Positions 1 to 10,224 are shown, counted from the stretch's first letter. The stretch is DNA of 64,000 bases from a candidate division WOR-3 bacterium (GCA_039804105.1 JBDRZU010000001.1:834602-898601); one strand, 5' to 3'. Numbers and translations: made by a program. The notes: a model not told the origin generated them from the letters alone.

Positions 1-3000
1 AGATGGATGTGATAATTCACATATCTAACAACTCCACTTATTGTTATTCCATTAGCAAAAGTGTTTAAAGTGCAAACCTTAACTGTTTGATGATCTGATG
101 TTTTCAAAGAAACATAAAGTCCCTTTATACCACTTTCATCATCTTTTGGTATACCACTCCATGAAAAATTCAGATTATTTTTATAAGGAATCATCGTTCC
201 CTCATCAACAACAGGTCCCAAAATCCCATACGGTTTAGTTGAATCAACTGTAGCAAAAAGTGTTGCTTTTGAGACAAAACCATAGTTATCTTTAACCTCG
301 ATGAAAAGATTATGATCCCTTCTATCGGCAAGAAGAGTACATTGGTATGTTGGTTGATATGGTCTGAAAATTCCTTTATCTATGATATTTTCGGAAAATC
401 TAACAGAATCGGGAACTATAGATTTTGAAACATTCAAATAAAGTGTTGGATACCTTGTAGAAACATACCTTGATGTTGAATTGTTAAAAAGTGGATTGAA
501 ATTGATTCCATCTTTATCATAGTCAATATACTTTGTTATAGTTGAAGACCAATTACCCATCTCATCTTTAAATCTTACAGAAATACTTTTTGTTCCTTCA
601 AGTGTATCAGAAAATGGGAAAATGAGCCCTGTCATCAATGGAACAGTAACACCGTTCACTTCTGCGGTTATACTTTTTGAAAGGTCATCATAAGCATACA
701 GATCAATTGTACAGTACGGGAGAGTTGTAAATAATGCACCATGATTTATTGAAAGTGAACAATTATATGGTGGCTGATTATCAAAAATAATGTTATCATA
801 TATTTTCCCAAAACCTAATCCATTTTTAAAAAACTGTCCATATACTGTTTTACTTCCTTGGTTTGTAGTTAAAGACCAGTTTATGTTCTCATAGTTTGAA
901 AAATAAGTGTTTCTTAAAGAAAAGTTATCAAAATTTGATATCCAGAAAGAATCTGGTGCTGAATATATTTTAAATGCAAGATCTGTTACTACACCACCAT
1001 AAGGATACCAGTTGCCTGCTGTTGGTGAATAATAGGTTTGTCCATCAGGATATGGGTTCATATAACTTACCATACAAACACCGTTAAAAGTTGATCCAAA
1101 AAGATCAGTGTAAAACACAATATGATAAAGTGAATCAGGATTAACATTAACTGGAGGATTTAAACTTATATATTTCCAGGAGGAATCAGATACAGGAGGA
1201 AGGAAACCATACCCTAACATTCTATTTGGAAGATGATAAGAACCTGATAGTGTATCAGAATAGATTGCAGCATAAATACCAGGTGAGTTTACATTTTTTG
1301 TAAATATTCCGATCGCTGAAATTTTATCAGTATGAGGTATAAAAGATTGTGCTATAGGCATTCCTCCATATTCATACTCAAAAGTTGTATTACTTGATGT
1401 TATGATCTTTGGAAAAGATTTTACTATAACATTTGTGTTGTTAGTGTATTCATCGTCATCGTTGATCGTTAAACTTCCTCTTTCAACAAAACTTATAGTT
1501 TTTTCAACTCTATTGCCTTCTATATTTTCACTGTTGAAAAATTTTACATAGATGGTATAAACTCCTGGTTCAGATGGTATATCAACACTTATTCTGTCCG
1601 TGGTATATGGAAGATTATATTTTGTGTAATCAATATATCCAACAACACCTGTCTCAATATATCTTACTGGGAAGAAGGAATCTGTTGCAACAAGGTTCAT
1701 CGAAACTTTTGGAGAAAACACTATTGTATCAGGATTAACTATGTTTCCATTTGGTCCATTTACAACCATTATAAGAGAATCTTTAACAGGTGTTGATTGG
1801 TTTCCAGCAAGATCTTTAAAAGAATACCAGTAGTATGTCCAACCATTCGTTGCTGGTTTTTCGAGAGGTAAATCTATCACTATAAAACTATCGATCCCAA
1901 CTTTTTTAATGTTGAATTCATTCCATGGTATAAGGTTCGTTTTGATCAAAACAGAATAAAATCCAGAATAGTTGTCAGTTGCCATAAATTTTACTTTTGG
2001 TGGTTTTAGCCAACTACAAATATATTTTCCATTATTATAATAGTAGTTATCAACATAGGTCCTTATTCCAGATGGAGGGGTAGTATCATAACTATTAAGA
2101 AAAAACTCTTTTACAAGATGCTGATTTGAACCAACATGAAGGTAAGTATAGAAAGGTTGAAAAGCGGGATGAGATATCTTAATAAGATATTTGAATGTAG
2201 TATCTGAAAGAGGCATTACCCTTTTGAATTTGAAATATCCTATGCTATCGGTGATCACATTATAACTTCCCAAAGAAACTTTTGCATTTGGAATAGGATC
2301 CCCTTTTATATTAAAAACTTGACCTTCGAGTGTTGAATAAACATTCATCGATACTGTATCAACATATCCTGTTATCGGAATGTTGTTTGTAACAATATAA
2401 AACGAGGTTGGAGCATAGTTTGAAGTTGAATCTGGAATCGCACTACATAAGACAGTATCGTTTCCAGGACAATGTGCTGTAAAACAATTTACAGAGGTAT
2501 AAAATTCTTTTACTCCATCGTTAGAACTAATCGTTAAACTTTTTACATCCATAAAAGGATTATTCAAAGAATCAAGCAACATTACAGTTAACAATTTTGT
2601 TGGTGGTACAACAGTTTCAACAAAAGAATATGTGTTGTTTGTATAAACTATCTCCTCTACATTTCTATCAGGGTTTATCTCTGCGGTTATATAATGATCA
2701 CCAGGTGTTTGGAAAGTATAATTCACAAAAGCCCACCCATAACCTGTTGGGTATAAAAAATCTGTTGGAACCTCTAAAGTATCTTTGTTATCTATTATAA
2801 TTCTAATTATAGTGGTATCTGCTACATTATGATCATCAATGTTAGAATAAGAGATTCCTATTTGAGTTGAAATTCCTGCCTGGGTGAAAAGTGTAGGATG
2901 TCCCCAATTATCAACCGAAAAAACAAGGATCTTGTCGATTTTCAAATCTGGTCTGAACAAAGGTTCTCCAACAACTTTTATTGGAATCTGAATGTATTTG

Positions 3001-3992
3001 TCATATTCACTAACAGGAATATCCCATACAAGACTCCTTAAACCAAGATATTCATAGAAATTGTTATCAAGCCAATATGTTGAAGCAATCGTTATTCCAA
3101 AAGATGATAAAGCAAGACCTATTCTTCTGTAAAGATCAACATTGTAATAAGGATTTTTTAGATAAAGATAACCTTGAGAGTTCTGCAAAGCAAAAGAGTC
3201 AACATAAACCTTTAAAATTAATGTATCATTTCTGTTTTTTATTTCTCTGAAACACATTGGAGATTTGATAACACTTCCATCTCCTTCTGTTAACATTCGC
3301 ACTATTCCATTTTCTATTTTGAAACCACCTGAAAGTTTTAAAGATAATATATCAAAAAGCCCCAGTACATCTGAAGCACCAGAAGAACCATCATCTTTTG
3401 GAAAAACACTCAAAGTATCTCCATCACTGTCGACTATTGTAGCAACTTTACCACCACTTGAAGATGCACCTTTTATATCTGGAATCAAACTCAAAAAATC
3501 AATATAGTCATCACCTTTTGCTTTTTCCCCGGGATAAAAAGGAGGGTTGTCAGAAGATTCGATGTTGATGTTAAAATCGATACCCAAAGAAGGTCCTGTT
3601 GCCCACGTTCCACCAAGAAGACCGAACAACCTTGTTTTTATACCAACTCCCGCACATGCTCCAAAGTTGGAGTATATGACTGGCTTAGAACCTTTAACAG
3701 GTTTTGCAATAATTTTAACACGTAACGATTCACCCTGAATAACCGAATCTGTATCATAGATTACATGAAGTTCAAGATTTGAATAAAGATTACATGACGC
3801 AAGACCAACAGCGAATTCAGCATACGCCTGATACCATTCTAAAGGATCTGTAATCGATTCATAAATATCAATACCATCTCCTGCATCATTTTCACAATGT
3901 TTTAAGGGAATAGTTTTTGTGTAATCTACTACTGTGGAATTTAAAAAAATAAACAACCAACAGGATAAAATGAAAAGAAAAAATTTTCTCAT
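1..3992 (-). CDS. Large secreted surface protein. Only the N-terminal ~1330 aa are in the window (the 3' end runs off the left edge). It contains a carboxypeptidase-regulatory-like beta-sandwich motif.
   Basis: It is absent from the ORF track because it has no in-window stop. Manual reverse-complement translation from the ATG at 3992-3990 gives MRKFFLFILSCWLFIFLNSTVVDYTKTIPLK..., which looks like a signal peptide. GGAGGA lies on the minus strand at 3996-4001. No competing minus-strand ORF >=60 aa is listed over these 4 kb. Around 2223-2339 the frame reads YSTLEGQVFNIKGDPIPNAKVSLGSYNVITDSIGYFKFK, which matches the CarboxypepD_reg pattern. I translated only parts by hand and did not verify openness codon by codon. 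Confidence 0.6.
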   Translation of the reverse strand, partial: MRKFFLFILSCWLFIFLNSTVVDYTKTIPLKHCENDAGDGIDIYESITDPLEWYQAYAEFAVGLASCNLYSNLELHVIYDTDSVIQGESLRVKIIAKPVKGSKPVIYSNFGACAGVGIKTRLFGLLGGTWATGPSLGIDFNINIESSDNPPFYPGEKAKGDDYIDFLSLIPDIKGASSSGGKVATIVDSDGDTLSVFPKDDGSSGASDVLGLFDILSLKLSGGFKIENGIVRMLTEGDGSVIKSPMCFREIKNRNDTLILKVYVDSFALQNSQGYLYLKNPYYNVDLYRRIGLALSSFGITIASTYWLDNNFYEYLGLRSLVWDIPVSEYDKYIQIPIKVVGEPLFRPDLKIDKILVFSVDNWGHPTLFTQAGISTQIGISYSNIDDHNVADTTIIRIIIDNKDTLEVPTDFLYPTGYGWAFVNYTFQTPGDHYITAEINPDRNVEEIVYTNNTYSFVETVVPPTKLLTVMLLDSLNNPFMDVKSLTISSNDGVKEFYTSVNCFTAHCPGNDTVLCSAIPDSTSNYAPTSFYIVTNNIPITGYVDTVSMNVYSTLEGQVFNIKGDPIPNAKVSLGSYNVITDSIGYFKFKRVMPLSDTTFKYLIKISHPAFQPFYTYLHVGSNQHLVKEFFLNSYDTTPPSGIRTYVDNYYYNNGKYICSWLKPPKVKFMATDNYSGFYSVLIKTNLIPWNEFNIKKVGIDSFIVIDLPLEKPATNGWTYYWYSFKDLAGNQSTPVKDSLIMVVNGPNGNIVNPDTIVFSPKVSMNLVATDSFFPVRYIETGVVGYIDYTKYNLPYTTDRISVDIPSEPGVYTIYVKFFNSENIEGNRVEKTISFVERGSLTINDDDEYTNNTNVIVKSFPKIITSSNTTFEYEYGGMPIAQSFIPHTDKISAIGIFTKNVNSPGIYAAIYSDTLSGSYHLPNRMLGYGFLPPVSDSSWKYISLNPPVNVNPDSLYHIVFYTDLFGSTFNGVCMVSYMNPYPDGQTYYSPTAGNWYPYGGVVTDLAFKIYSAPDSFWISNFDNFSLRNTYFSNYENINWSLTTNQGSKTVYGQFFKNGLGFGKIYDNIIFDNQPPYNCSLSINHGALFTTLPYCTIDLYAYDDLSKSITAEVNGVTVPLMTGLIFPFSDTLEGTKSISVRFKDEMGNWSSTITKYIDYDKDGINFNPLFNNSTSRYVSTRYPTLYLNVSKSIVPDSVRFSENIIDKGIFRPYQPTYQCTLLADRRDHNLFIEVKDNYGFVSKATLFATVDSTKPYGILGPVVDEGTMIPYKNNLNFSWSGIPKDDESGIKGLYVSLKTSDHQTVKVCTLNTFANGITISGVVRYVNYHIH

Positions 3993-4015
3993 CTTTCCTC
4001 CACTTTATTTAAAAT

Positions 4016-4043
4016 ATTTTAGCAAAAAAATTTTAAAATTCAA
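4016..4043 (-). promoter_or_regulatory. Sigma70-type promoter for the surface-protein gene (TTGAAT-N16-TAAAAT on the minus strand)
   Basis: The reverse complement of 4038-4043 is TTGAAT. A 16-nt spacer follows, and the reverse complement of 4016-4021 is TAAAAT. This places it about 25 nt upstream of the ATG at 3992. Confidence 0.4.
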
Positions 4044-4071
4044 TTGAAAAAAATTTTTTTGTATATATAAT
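4044..4071 (+). promoter_or_regulatory. Sigma70-type promoter for the GntR/cca genes (TTGAAA-N16-TATAAT)
   Basis: TTGAAA is at 4044-4049, followed by a 16-nt spacer and TATAAT at 4066-4071. GGAGGA is at 4083-4088 and the ATG at 4092. Confidence 0.45.
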
Positions 4072-4091
4072 AGATACAAAATGGAGGAAAA

Positions 4092-4469
4092 ATGAACATT
4101 CTAATAGATACAGAATCACCTATTCCTGTTTACCAACAGATAAAAAATCAACTGAAAGGGATGATAATGTCAAAAGAACTTTCAAAAGGAGTAAAGATTC
4201 CAAGCATAAGAAATCTTGCATCATTACTTGGAGTTTCGATCAACACGGTTGCAAGGGCATACTATGAACTTGAAAAAGAAGGGTTTTTAAAACTCGATGG
4301 AAGAAGGGGAAGTGAAATAGTTGATAACCCCAATCCCGATGAAAATCAGAAAAAAGAATTTTTGATAAAATTAACAGAAGAATATATTTTAAGAACAAAA
4401 GAATTTTTATACACGAAAGAAGAAATTCTAAAAATTGTCAAAGAAAAATATGATGAGATCTACTATTAA
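4092..4469 (+). CDS. GntR-family (short, YtrA-like) winged-helix transcriptional regulator
   Basis: The 125-aa product contains PVYQQIKNQL...IPSIRNLASLLGVSINTVARAYYELEKEGFL, the typical GntR N-terminal HTH. It has only a short helical C-terminus. Confidence 0.75.
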   Translation: MNILIDTESPIPVYQQIKNQLKGMIMSKELSKGVKIPSIRNLASLLGVSINTVARAYYELEKEGFLKLDGRRGSEIVDNPNPDENQKKEFLIKLTEEYILRTKEFLYTKEEILKIVKEKYDEIYY

Positions 4470-5805
4470 AAGTAATATCCCTCCAAAACAGATCATAAAT
4501 TTTTTAAAATCTTTTAAAAATGATAATTATTTTTTTGTTGGTGGTTTTGTTAGAGATTTTTTGTTAGGAAAAAGAGATTTTGAAGATTATGATGTTCTTA
4601 TTATAACAGAAAACTTTGAACAAGAACTATCAAACCTTAAAACAAAACCTATCATCGTCAATGATAGGTTCAACACTTTAAGATTTTTTATAGAAGGAAA
4701 ACAGACTGATATAACTTTTGCAAAATCCTTAAACGATGATCTAAAACGAAGAGATTTTACAATAAACAGTATCGCAATGGATAAAAATGGAAACATTATC
4801 GATCCCCATCGATATAAAAAGGATTTAGAAAAAAAAATCATAAAAGTAACAAATCAAAATTCGTTCAAAGATGATCCTTTAAGAATTTTGAGAGCATTCA
4901 GATTCAAATATGAACTTGATTTCAAATTTTCTAAAGGAATAAAAAAGCTTATTTTTGAAAACAGAGATCTTTTAAAAAAAGTCGCAAAAGAAAGAATTTC
5001 TTTCGAATTGAAAAAAATTTTATCATATGAAAATGGTGCAAGCATTTTTAAAGATTTAAAGGATTATGGTATACTCGAAACAATTTTTCCTGAAATCGAA
5101 AAAACAAAAAATTTTGTTCATAATAAGTTTAAAAGCAAGTATTTGTTAAACCACCTTATCAACACGGTTTTTGCTGTAAAAAAAATTTCAAATCAAAATA
5201 TCCCAAATGAATGGAAAGTTTATCTTAAAAAATATTATTTTGAAGTTTATTTAGCGTCCTTTTTTCATGATATAAAAAAACCTGAATCCTTTAAAATGTT
5301 AAACAAAAGACAAACATTTTTTAATCATGATCTACTTTCATCAATATACATTGAAAAAGTTCTAAAGGAGAGTTTAAAACTTTCAAATGAAGAAACAAAA
5401 AGGATTCAAAAACTTGTTAAAAATCATATGAGACCTCATTATCTTCTAAATTCAAAAAATTTAACCGAGAAGGGACTTTATAAGATTTTAAAAGATAACG
5501 GTGAAGATCTTGAGGGGCTTTTTCTCGTTTCTATGGCTGATCAATTATCAAGCGAAGGTATTTTCGATGAAAGATATATAAAACTTTACAAAGATATAAA
5601 ACTTTTTGAAAAAAAAATTAAAGACAAAAAAATAAATTTTATAACAGGAAAAGATATACTTGAAAAATTTAAAATAAAGCCTGGTCCACTCGTTGGAAAG
5701 ATGATAAAAGAGGGTAACTATTTTGCGATCAAAAATTCGATAACAGATAAGGAAAAAATATTGTCATACCTTGAACAGAAATTTGAAAAATTTCAAGAAT
5801 CTTGA
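4450..5805 (+). CDS. cca: CCA-adding tRNA nucleotidyltransferase (PolyA_pol family with an HD domain)
   Basis: Motifs seen are GGFVRDFLLG, RRDFTINS, DPLRILRAFRF and a downstream HD motif (FFHDIKKPE). The track start is a TTG at 4435. The ATG at 4450/4453 is the more likely start. Confidence 0.75.
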   Translation: MMRSTIKSNIPPKQIINFLKSFKNDNYFFVGGFVRDFLLGKRDFEDYDVLIITENFEQELSNLKTKPIIVNDRFNTLRFFIEGKQTDITFAKSLNDDLKRRDFTINSIAMDKNGNIIDPHRYKKDLEKKIIKVTNQNSFKDDPLRILRAFRFKYELDFKFSKGIKKLIFENRDLLKKVAKERISFELKKILSYENGASIFKDLKDYGILETIFPEIEKTKNFVHNKFKSKYLLNHLINTVFAVKKISNQNIPNEWKVYLKKYYFEVYLASFFHDIKKPESFKMLNKRQTFFNHDLLSSIYIEKVLKESLKLSNEETKRIQKLVKNHMRPHYLLNSKNLTEKGLYKILKDNGEDLEGLFLVSMADQLSSEGIFDERYIKLYKDIKLFEKKIKDKKINFITGKDILEKFKIKPGPLVGKMIKEGNYFAIKNSITDKEKILSYLEQKFEKFQES

Positions 5806-6470
5806 ATTACACCATCTACAAGTTTAACAACTCTATCACCATGTTTTACAAGTTCTTCATTGTGTGTTATTATAAGAAAGGTTGTTTTTTTTTCAAAATT
5901 TATTTTTTTGAAAATATCCATAACATTTTCAGAATTTTTTGAATCCAAGTTTCCAGTAGGTTCATCAGCGAGTATGATTTCGGGATCATTGATTAGAGCC
6001 CTTGCTATAGCTATTCTTTGCTGTTCACCCCCAGACATTTCATTTGGTTTATGGTAAATCCTATCAGAGAGAGAAAGTGAATCTAAAAGTTCAATCGCTT
6101 TTTTCTTTGATTTAAAAAAATTTTTTGTTAAAAAAAGATGTGGAAGCATCACATTTTCGTATGCAAGAAACTCATTTAAAAGGTAATGGAATTGAAAGAT
6201 GAATCCGATTTTTTCATTTCTCCATCTCGATTTGCTTTTATCATCAAGAGAATGTATGAGTTCATTTCTAAAAAACACTTTTCCATCAGTCGGAGAATCA
6301 AGTGTTCCAAGGATATGTAAGAGTGTTGATTTACCTGCACCTGACGGTCCAAGAATAAAAGTGATTTTTCCCTCTTCTATCTCAAGATTTATTCCCTTTA
6401 AAACATCAATTTTTTTATCTTTTACAAAATACGATTTTTTCAGGTCGACAATTTTAAAAATACTATTCAT
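5793..6470 (-). CDS. lolD: Lipoprotein-releasing ABC transporter ATP-binding protein LolD
   Basis: Walker A is GPSGAGKST, the ABC signature is MSGGEQQRIAIARAL and Walker B is ILADEPTGNLD. It is coupled to the upstream FtsX/MacB-type permease. Confidence 0.75.
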   Translation of the reverse strand: MNSIFKIVDLKKSYFVKDKKIDVLKGINLEIEEGKITFILGPSGAGKSTLLHILGTLDSPTDGKVFFRNELIHSLDDKSKSRWRNEKIGFIFQFHYLLNEFLAYENVMLPHLFLTKNFFKSKKKAIELLDSLSLSDRIYHKPNEMSGGEQQRIAIARALINDPEIILADEPTGNLDSKNSENVMDIFKKINFEKKTTFLIITHNEELVKHGDRVVKLVDGVIQDS

Positions 6471-7677
6471 ATTTTATCGCTTTAACAGGATCCATTTTTG
6501 ATGCCTTATAAGCTGGATATAAAGTTGAAACTAAAGACACAACGGAAGTTAAAATCAAAACAAAGATTACATCCCAGAACTGAACATCAACCGGAAGTTT
6601 ATCCAAAAGATAAACCTCTCCAGGAAGATCAATAAACTTATACTTTGAAAGTAGAAAACATAAAAATAAACCAAGAATGAGTCCAGATATAGTTCCGATT
6701 ATGTTGATTATAAGTCCCTGGTAGATGTATATCCTTAAAATATCTTTTTCGGATAGTCCAAGTGTTTTCAAAACACCGATCTCTGTTGTTTTTTCCATAA
6801 CGACCATAATCAATGTTGTGATTATATTGAATGCAGCAACTATAACAACAAGTAGTAAAAGAAGAAACATTATTTTCTTTTCGAGAGCAAGAGCAGCGAA
6901 CAACGATCCGTTCAAATCTATCCAGTTGTTCGTTCGATATGGGTAACCAAGTTTTTTTTCAATTTTCTTCGCAACCTTTGGTGCGTTGTATATATCTTTT
7001 ATTCTCAATTCAAGTCCAGTAACTTTACCTTTGAGACCAAAAATTTCAGATGCTTTTTTTAAAGGTATATAAACAAGCTCAGCATTATACTGATACATTC
7101 CAGCATCGAATATTCCCGTTATGGTAAACTCACTGATCTTTGGAATCAAAGAGCCAAAAGTTTCTGTTGATCCAAATGGGGTTGCTATTCTTACAACATC
7201 TCCGGTATGAACTCTTAACTCTTCGGCAAGATCAACTCCCAGGATCAACTCATCATCTTTTTCAGGAAATCTTCCAAACTTTAAGTGTTTTTTAAAAATT
7301 TTGTAGGTAACACTATCTTCCAGACAGAAACCTCTAATGATTATTCCATTCGTCCAGTTTTCAAACTGGATCAATCCTTTTGAATATATAAAAGGAGTAA
7401 TGCTCACGATATCATCAAAAACTTTTAAACTATCTTTTATTTCCTTATAGTTCTCAATCGGCTCGTTGAAATATTTTAAAACTATGATGTGGGAATTCAC
7501 ATCAATTATTCTTTCCTTAACATCCTTCTGGAATCCGTTCATAACAGAAAGAACAACGATCAACGCTGCAACTCCAATGAATACTCCACCTATGGCTATT
7601 GCTGTAACGATGTAACCAAAAAAAGTTTTTCTTGCACCAAAAAGATGCTTTAACGCTATAAAAAAAGAGTAGTTCAT
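6463..7677 (-). CDS. LolC/LolE-family lipoprotein-releasing system permease (FtsX-like)
   Basis: The 404-aa product has an N-terminal TM segment, a large periplasmic domain and three C-terminal TM segments, with ...MEKTTEIGVLKTLG.... It ends in DPVKAIKYE, typical of MacB/FtsX permeases. It overlaps lolD. Confidence 0.7.
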   Translation of the reverse strand: MNYSFFIALKHLFGARKTFFGYIVTAIAIGGVFIGVAALIVVLSVMNGFQKDVKERIIDVNSHIIVLKYFNEPIENYKEIKDSLKVFDDIVSITPFIYSKGLIQFENWTNGIIIRGFCLEDSVTYKIFKKHLKFGRFPEKDDELILGVDLAEELRVHTGDVVRIATPFGSTETFGSLIPKISEFTITGIFDAGMYQYNAELVYIPLKKASEIFGLKGKVTGLELRIKDIYNAPKVAKKIEKKLGYPYRTNNWIDLNGSLFAALALEKKIMFLLLLLVVIVAAFNIITTLIMVVMEKTTEIGVLKTLGLSEKDILRIYIYQGLIINIIGTISGLILGLFLCFLLSKYKFIDLPGEVYLLDKLPVDVQFWDVIFVLILTSVVSLVSTLYPAYKASKMDPVKAIKYE

Positions 7678-9125
7678 TTTTCAGGTTTTAAAAGTGGAAA
7701 GAGAACAACATCCCTTATCGAATCCCTGTCAGTCAAAAGCATAACGGTTCTATCGATTCCAATTCCAACCCCACCAGTTGGGGGCATTCCATACATCAAC
7801 GCCTCGATGTAATCCTCATCCATAACAAAAGCCTCAATATCTCCAAGTTTCCTCTCCTCAATCTGTTTTAAAAATCTTTCCCTTTGATCTAAAGGATCGT
7901 TGAGTTCTGAAAAAGAATTACCTATTTCCATACCACATACGATCGCTTCAAATCTTTCGACAACTCCGTCTTTTTCTCTATGTTTTCTTGCAAGAGGTGA
8001 AATTTCAATCGGATGGTTTATCACAAATGAAGGTTGAACTATTTTTTTCTGAACGAGTTCTGAAAAGAGTTCATCAAGAATTTTTCCAAAAGTTTTTTTA
8101 CCTTCAATATCAACTTCAAATTTTTTTGCAACACTTTTCAACTTTTCAACAGAGGCATTCTTCAAATCTTCACCAACGATGTTGTTTAAAGAATCATAAA
8201 AATCAACCCTTTTCCATGGCTTCTCAAACGATATTTCCTGGTTCTGATAAACTATTTTTTTCTGGGGAACAAGTTTCAAAAACATGTTCTCAACAAGTTC
8301 CATCATATCATTATAATCAGCATACGCTTGATAAAATTCAACCTGTGTGAACTCCGGATTATGTGTTCTGTCTATTCCCTCATTCCTAAAATCCTTTGCA
8401 AACTCATAAACTCTGTTGATACCACCAACTATCAACCTTTTCAGATAGAGTTCATTTGCTATTCTTAAATACAAAGTCATATCATGGGCGTTATGATGTG
8501 TTATAAAAGGTTGAGCGAAAGCACCTCCATATATCGGCTGTAATATCGGTGTTTCAACCTCTATAAAACCGTTTGAGTTTAAAAACTCTCTGATTCCGTT
8601 TATTATCTCAGTTCTTTTAAAAAAAACTTTTTTTGAATCATCGTTAACTATAAGATCAAGATATCTTTTTCTGTATCTTATTTCGATATCCTTCAAACCA
8701 TGAAATTTTTCAGGTAAAGGTTTTAAAGCTTTTGAAAGTATTTCAACATCCTGAACAAAAATTGTCAATTCACCACTATGGGTTTTAAAAAGTTTCCCGG
8801 TAACTCCTATGATATCTCCAATATCATAAAATTTTACCTCGTTGAATTTGTTTTCACCGATAACATCCTTTTTAATATAGAGTTGTATTTTATCAAGTTG
8901 ATCTTTGATGTCCCAGAAGATTACTTTTCCATGTTTTCTTTCTGAAACTATTCTTCCAGCTATTTTTATCTGAAGATCCTTATCAAGAAGATCATTCTGT
9001 TTTTCTATGAGTTCTTTAATTGTATAGGTAAAATCAAATTTATACTTATAACATTCAACATTCATTTTCTTAAGGTTTTCAAGATTTTCCAGCATCTGTT
9101 TTTCGAGAATGTTCATCTCATCCAT
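7674..9125 (-). CDS. lysS: Lysine--tRNA ligase, class II
   Basis: The 483-aa product has an OB-fold N-terminus and the class II motifs FRNEGID and GGVGIGIDR. The prfB-lysS order is the classical one. Confidence 0.9.
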   Translation of the reverse strand: MDEMNILEKQMLENLENLKKMNVECYKYKFDFTYTIKELIEKQNDLLDKDLQIKIAGRIVSERKHGKVIFWDIKDQLDKIQLYIKKDVIGENKFNEVKFYDIGDIIGVTGKLFKTHSGELTIFVQDVEILSKALKPLPEKFHGLKDIEIRYRKRYLDLIVNDDSKKVFFKRTEIINGIREFLNSNGFIEVETPILQPIYGGAFAQPFITHHNAHDMTLYLRIANELYLKRLIVGGINRVYEFAKDFRNEGIDRTHNPEFTQVEFYQAYADYNDMMELVENMFLKLVPQKKIVYQNQEISFEKPWKRVDFYDSLNNIVGEDLKNASVEKLKSVAKKFEVDIEGKKTFGKILDELFSELVQKKIVQPSFVINHPIEISPLARKHREKDGVVERFEAIVCGMEIGNSFSELNDPLDQRERFLKQIEERKLGDIEAFVMDEDYIEALMYGMPPTGGVGIGIDRTVMLLTDRDSIRDVVLFPLLKPEK

Positions 9126-10224
9126 TTTCTCTCCTCTCTTTTGCTTTCATTATAAGATACTCTTTTATGAATCTTTCAAGATTTCCATCAAGCACATCGT
9201 CAACATCACTCGTTTCATATCTTGTTCTTAAATCTTTTATCATTTTATAAGGATACAAAACATAAGATCTTATCTGGTTTCCAAACTCTATTGAACTTTT
9301 CTTTTCAAGTTTCCCCTGGAGTTTTGCTTCCTCCTGCTCTTTATAATATTGGTAAACTTTAGCTTTCAATATTTTCATAGCGTTCATTTTGTTCTGTATC
9401 TGTGATCTTTCCGTCTGTGATTTTGCGAATATACCTGTTGGGAGATGTGTTATTCTTATCGCTGTTGAAACTTTGTTAACATTCTGTCCACCAGGGCCAC
9501 CAGCTCTGAAAGCTTCTATTTTTAGATCGTTTTCGTTGAGTTCAAAATCCGTGTTCTCTTCAATATCAGGGAGAAGATAAACTGCAGCAAAAGATGTGTG
9601 TCGTCTTTGATTTGCATCGAATGGTGATATTCTAACAAGACGATGAACTCCAATCTCCGATTTTAAATAACCATACGCATAATCACCTTCAACCTCAACG
9701 GTTACAGATTTTATTCCAGCAACATCTCCAGCTTCATAATCTATTATATTGTTTTTAAAACCTTTTCTTTGAAAAAATCTCAAGTACATTCTTAAAAGCA
9801 TATCAGCCCAATCACAACTCTCTGTTCCTCCGGATCCAGGATGGATAGTTAAAATAGCGTTCGAGTTATCAAACTCATCAGTGAAAAGAAGTTCTATTTC
9901 AAAATTTTCAAGTTGCGTTTTCAACTCGTTTACCATTTTTATCAACTCTCCAATCGATTGATCATCAACTATTTCTATAAATTCATCTATGTATATGATA
10001 TCACTCTCTATCTTTTTAAAAAGTTCTACTCTATTTTTTAGTATTTTCAAATCTTTGTTAATTTTAGCAGCTTTTTTTTGATCGTTCCAGAAATCAGGGG
10101 AAGACATTTTTTCCTGAAAATTTTTTATATCCTGTTCCCATTTGACAAGGTCAACATGTTTTTTTAGATCCTCAAAAATATTATGGATACTTTGAATATC
10201 CTCTTTTAGTTTAATATCAAACAT
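9118..10224 (-). CDS. prfB: Peptide chain release factor 2, encoded as a single uninterrupted frame
   Basis: It has the GGQ motif (GPGGQNVNKVSTAIRITHLPTG) and the RF2-specific SPF motif (RISPFD). The 368 aa are contiguous from Met1. Confidence 0.9.
   Translation of the reverse strand: MFDIKLKEDIQSIHNIFEDLKKHVDLVKWEQDIKNFQEKMSSPDFWNDQKKAAKINKDLKILKNRVELFKKIESDIIYIDEFIEIVDDQSIGELIKMVNELKTQLENFEIELLFTDEFDNSNAILTIHPGSGGTESCDWADMLLRMYLRFFQRKGFKNNIIDYEAGDVAGIKSVTVEVEGDYAYGYLKSEIGVHRLVRISPFDANQRRHTSFAAVYLLPDIEENTDFELNENDLKIEAFRAGGPGGQNVNKVSTAIRITHLPTGIFAKSQTERSQIQNKMNAMKILKAKVYQYYKEQEEAKLQGKLEKKSSIEFGNQIRSYVLYPYKMIKDLRTRYETSDVDDVLDGNLERFIKEYLIMKAKERRENG

Noticed and set aside
2597-3738. Three short plus-strand ORFs (67, 80 and 63 aa), the only ORFs the track lists in the first 4 kb
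   Set aside because: They are antisense to the long, edge-truncated minus-strand surface-protein frame. That frame has a signal peptide, an RBS and a domain motif.
9118-10224. Looked for the programmed +1 frameshift (CUU UGA C after an internal SD) typical of many prfB genes
   Set aside because: The RF2 ORF is continuous from Met1 through the region that normally spans the shift site (MFDIKLKEDIQSIHNIFEDLKKHVDLVKWEQDI...). This prfB is simply of the non-frameshifted type, which is known in a minority of bacteria.
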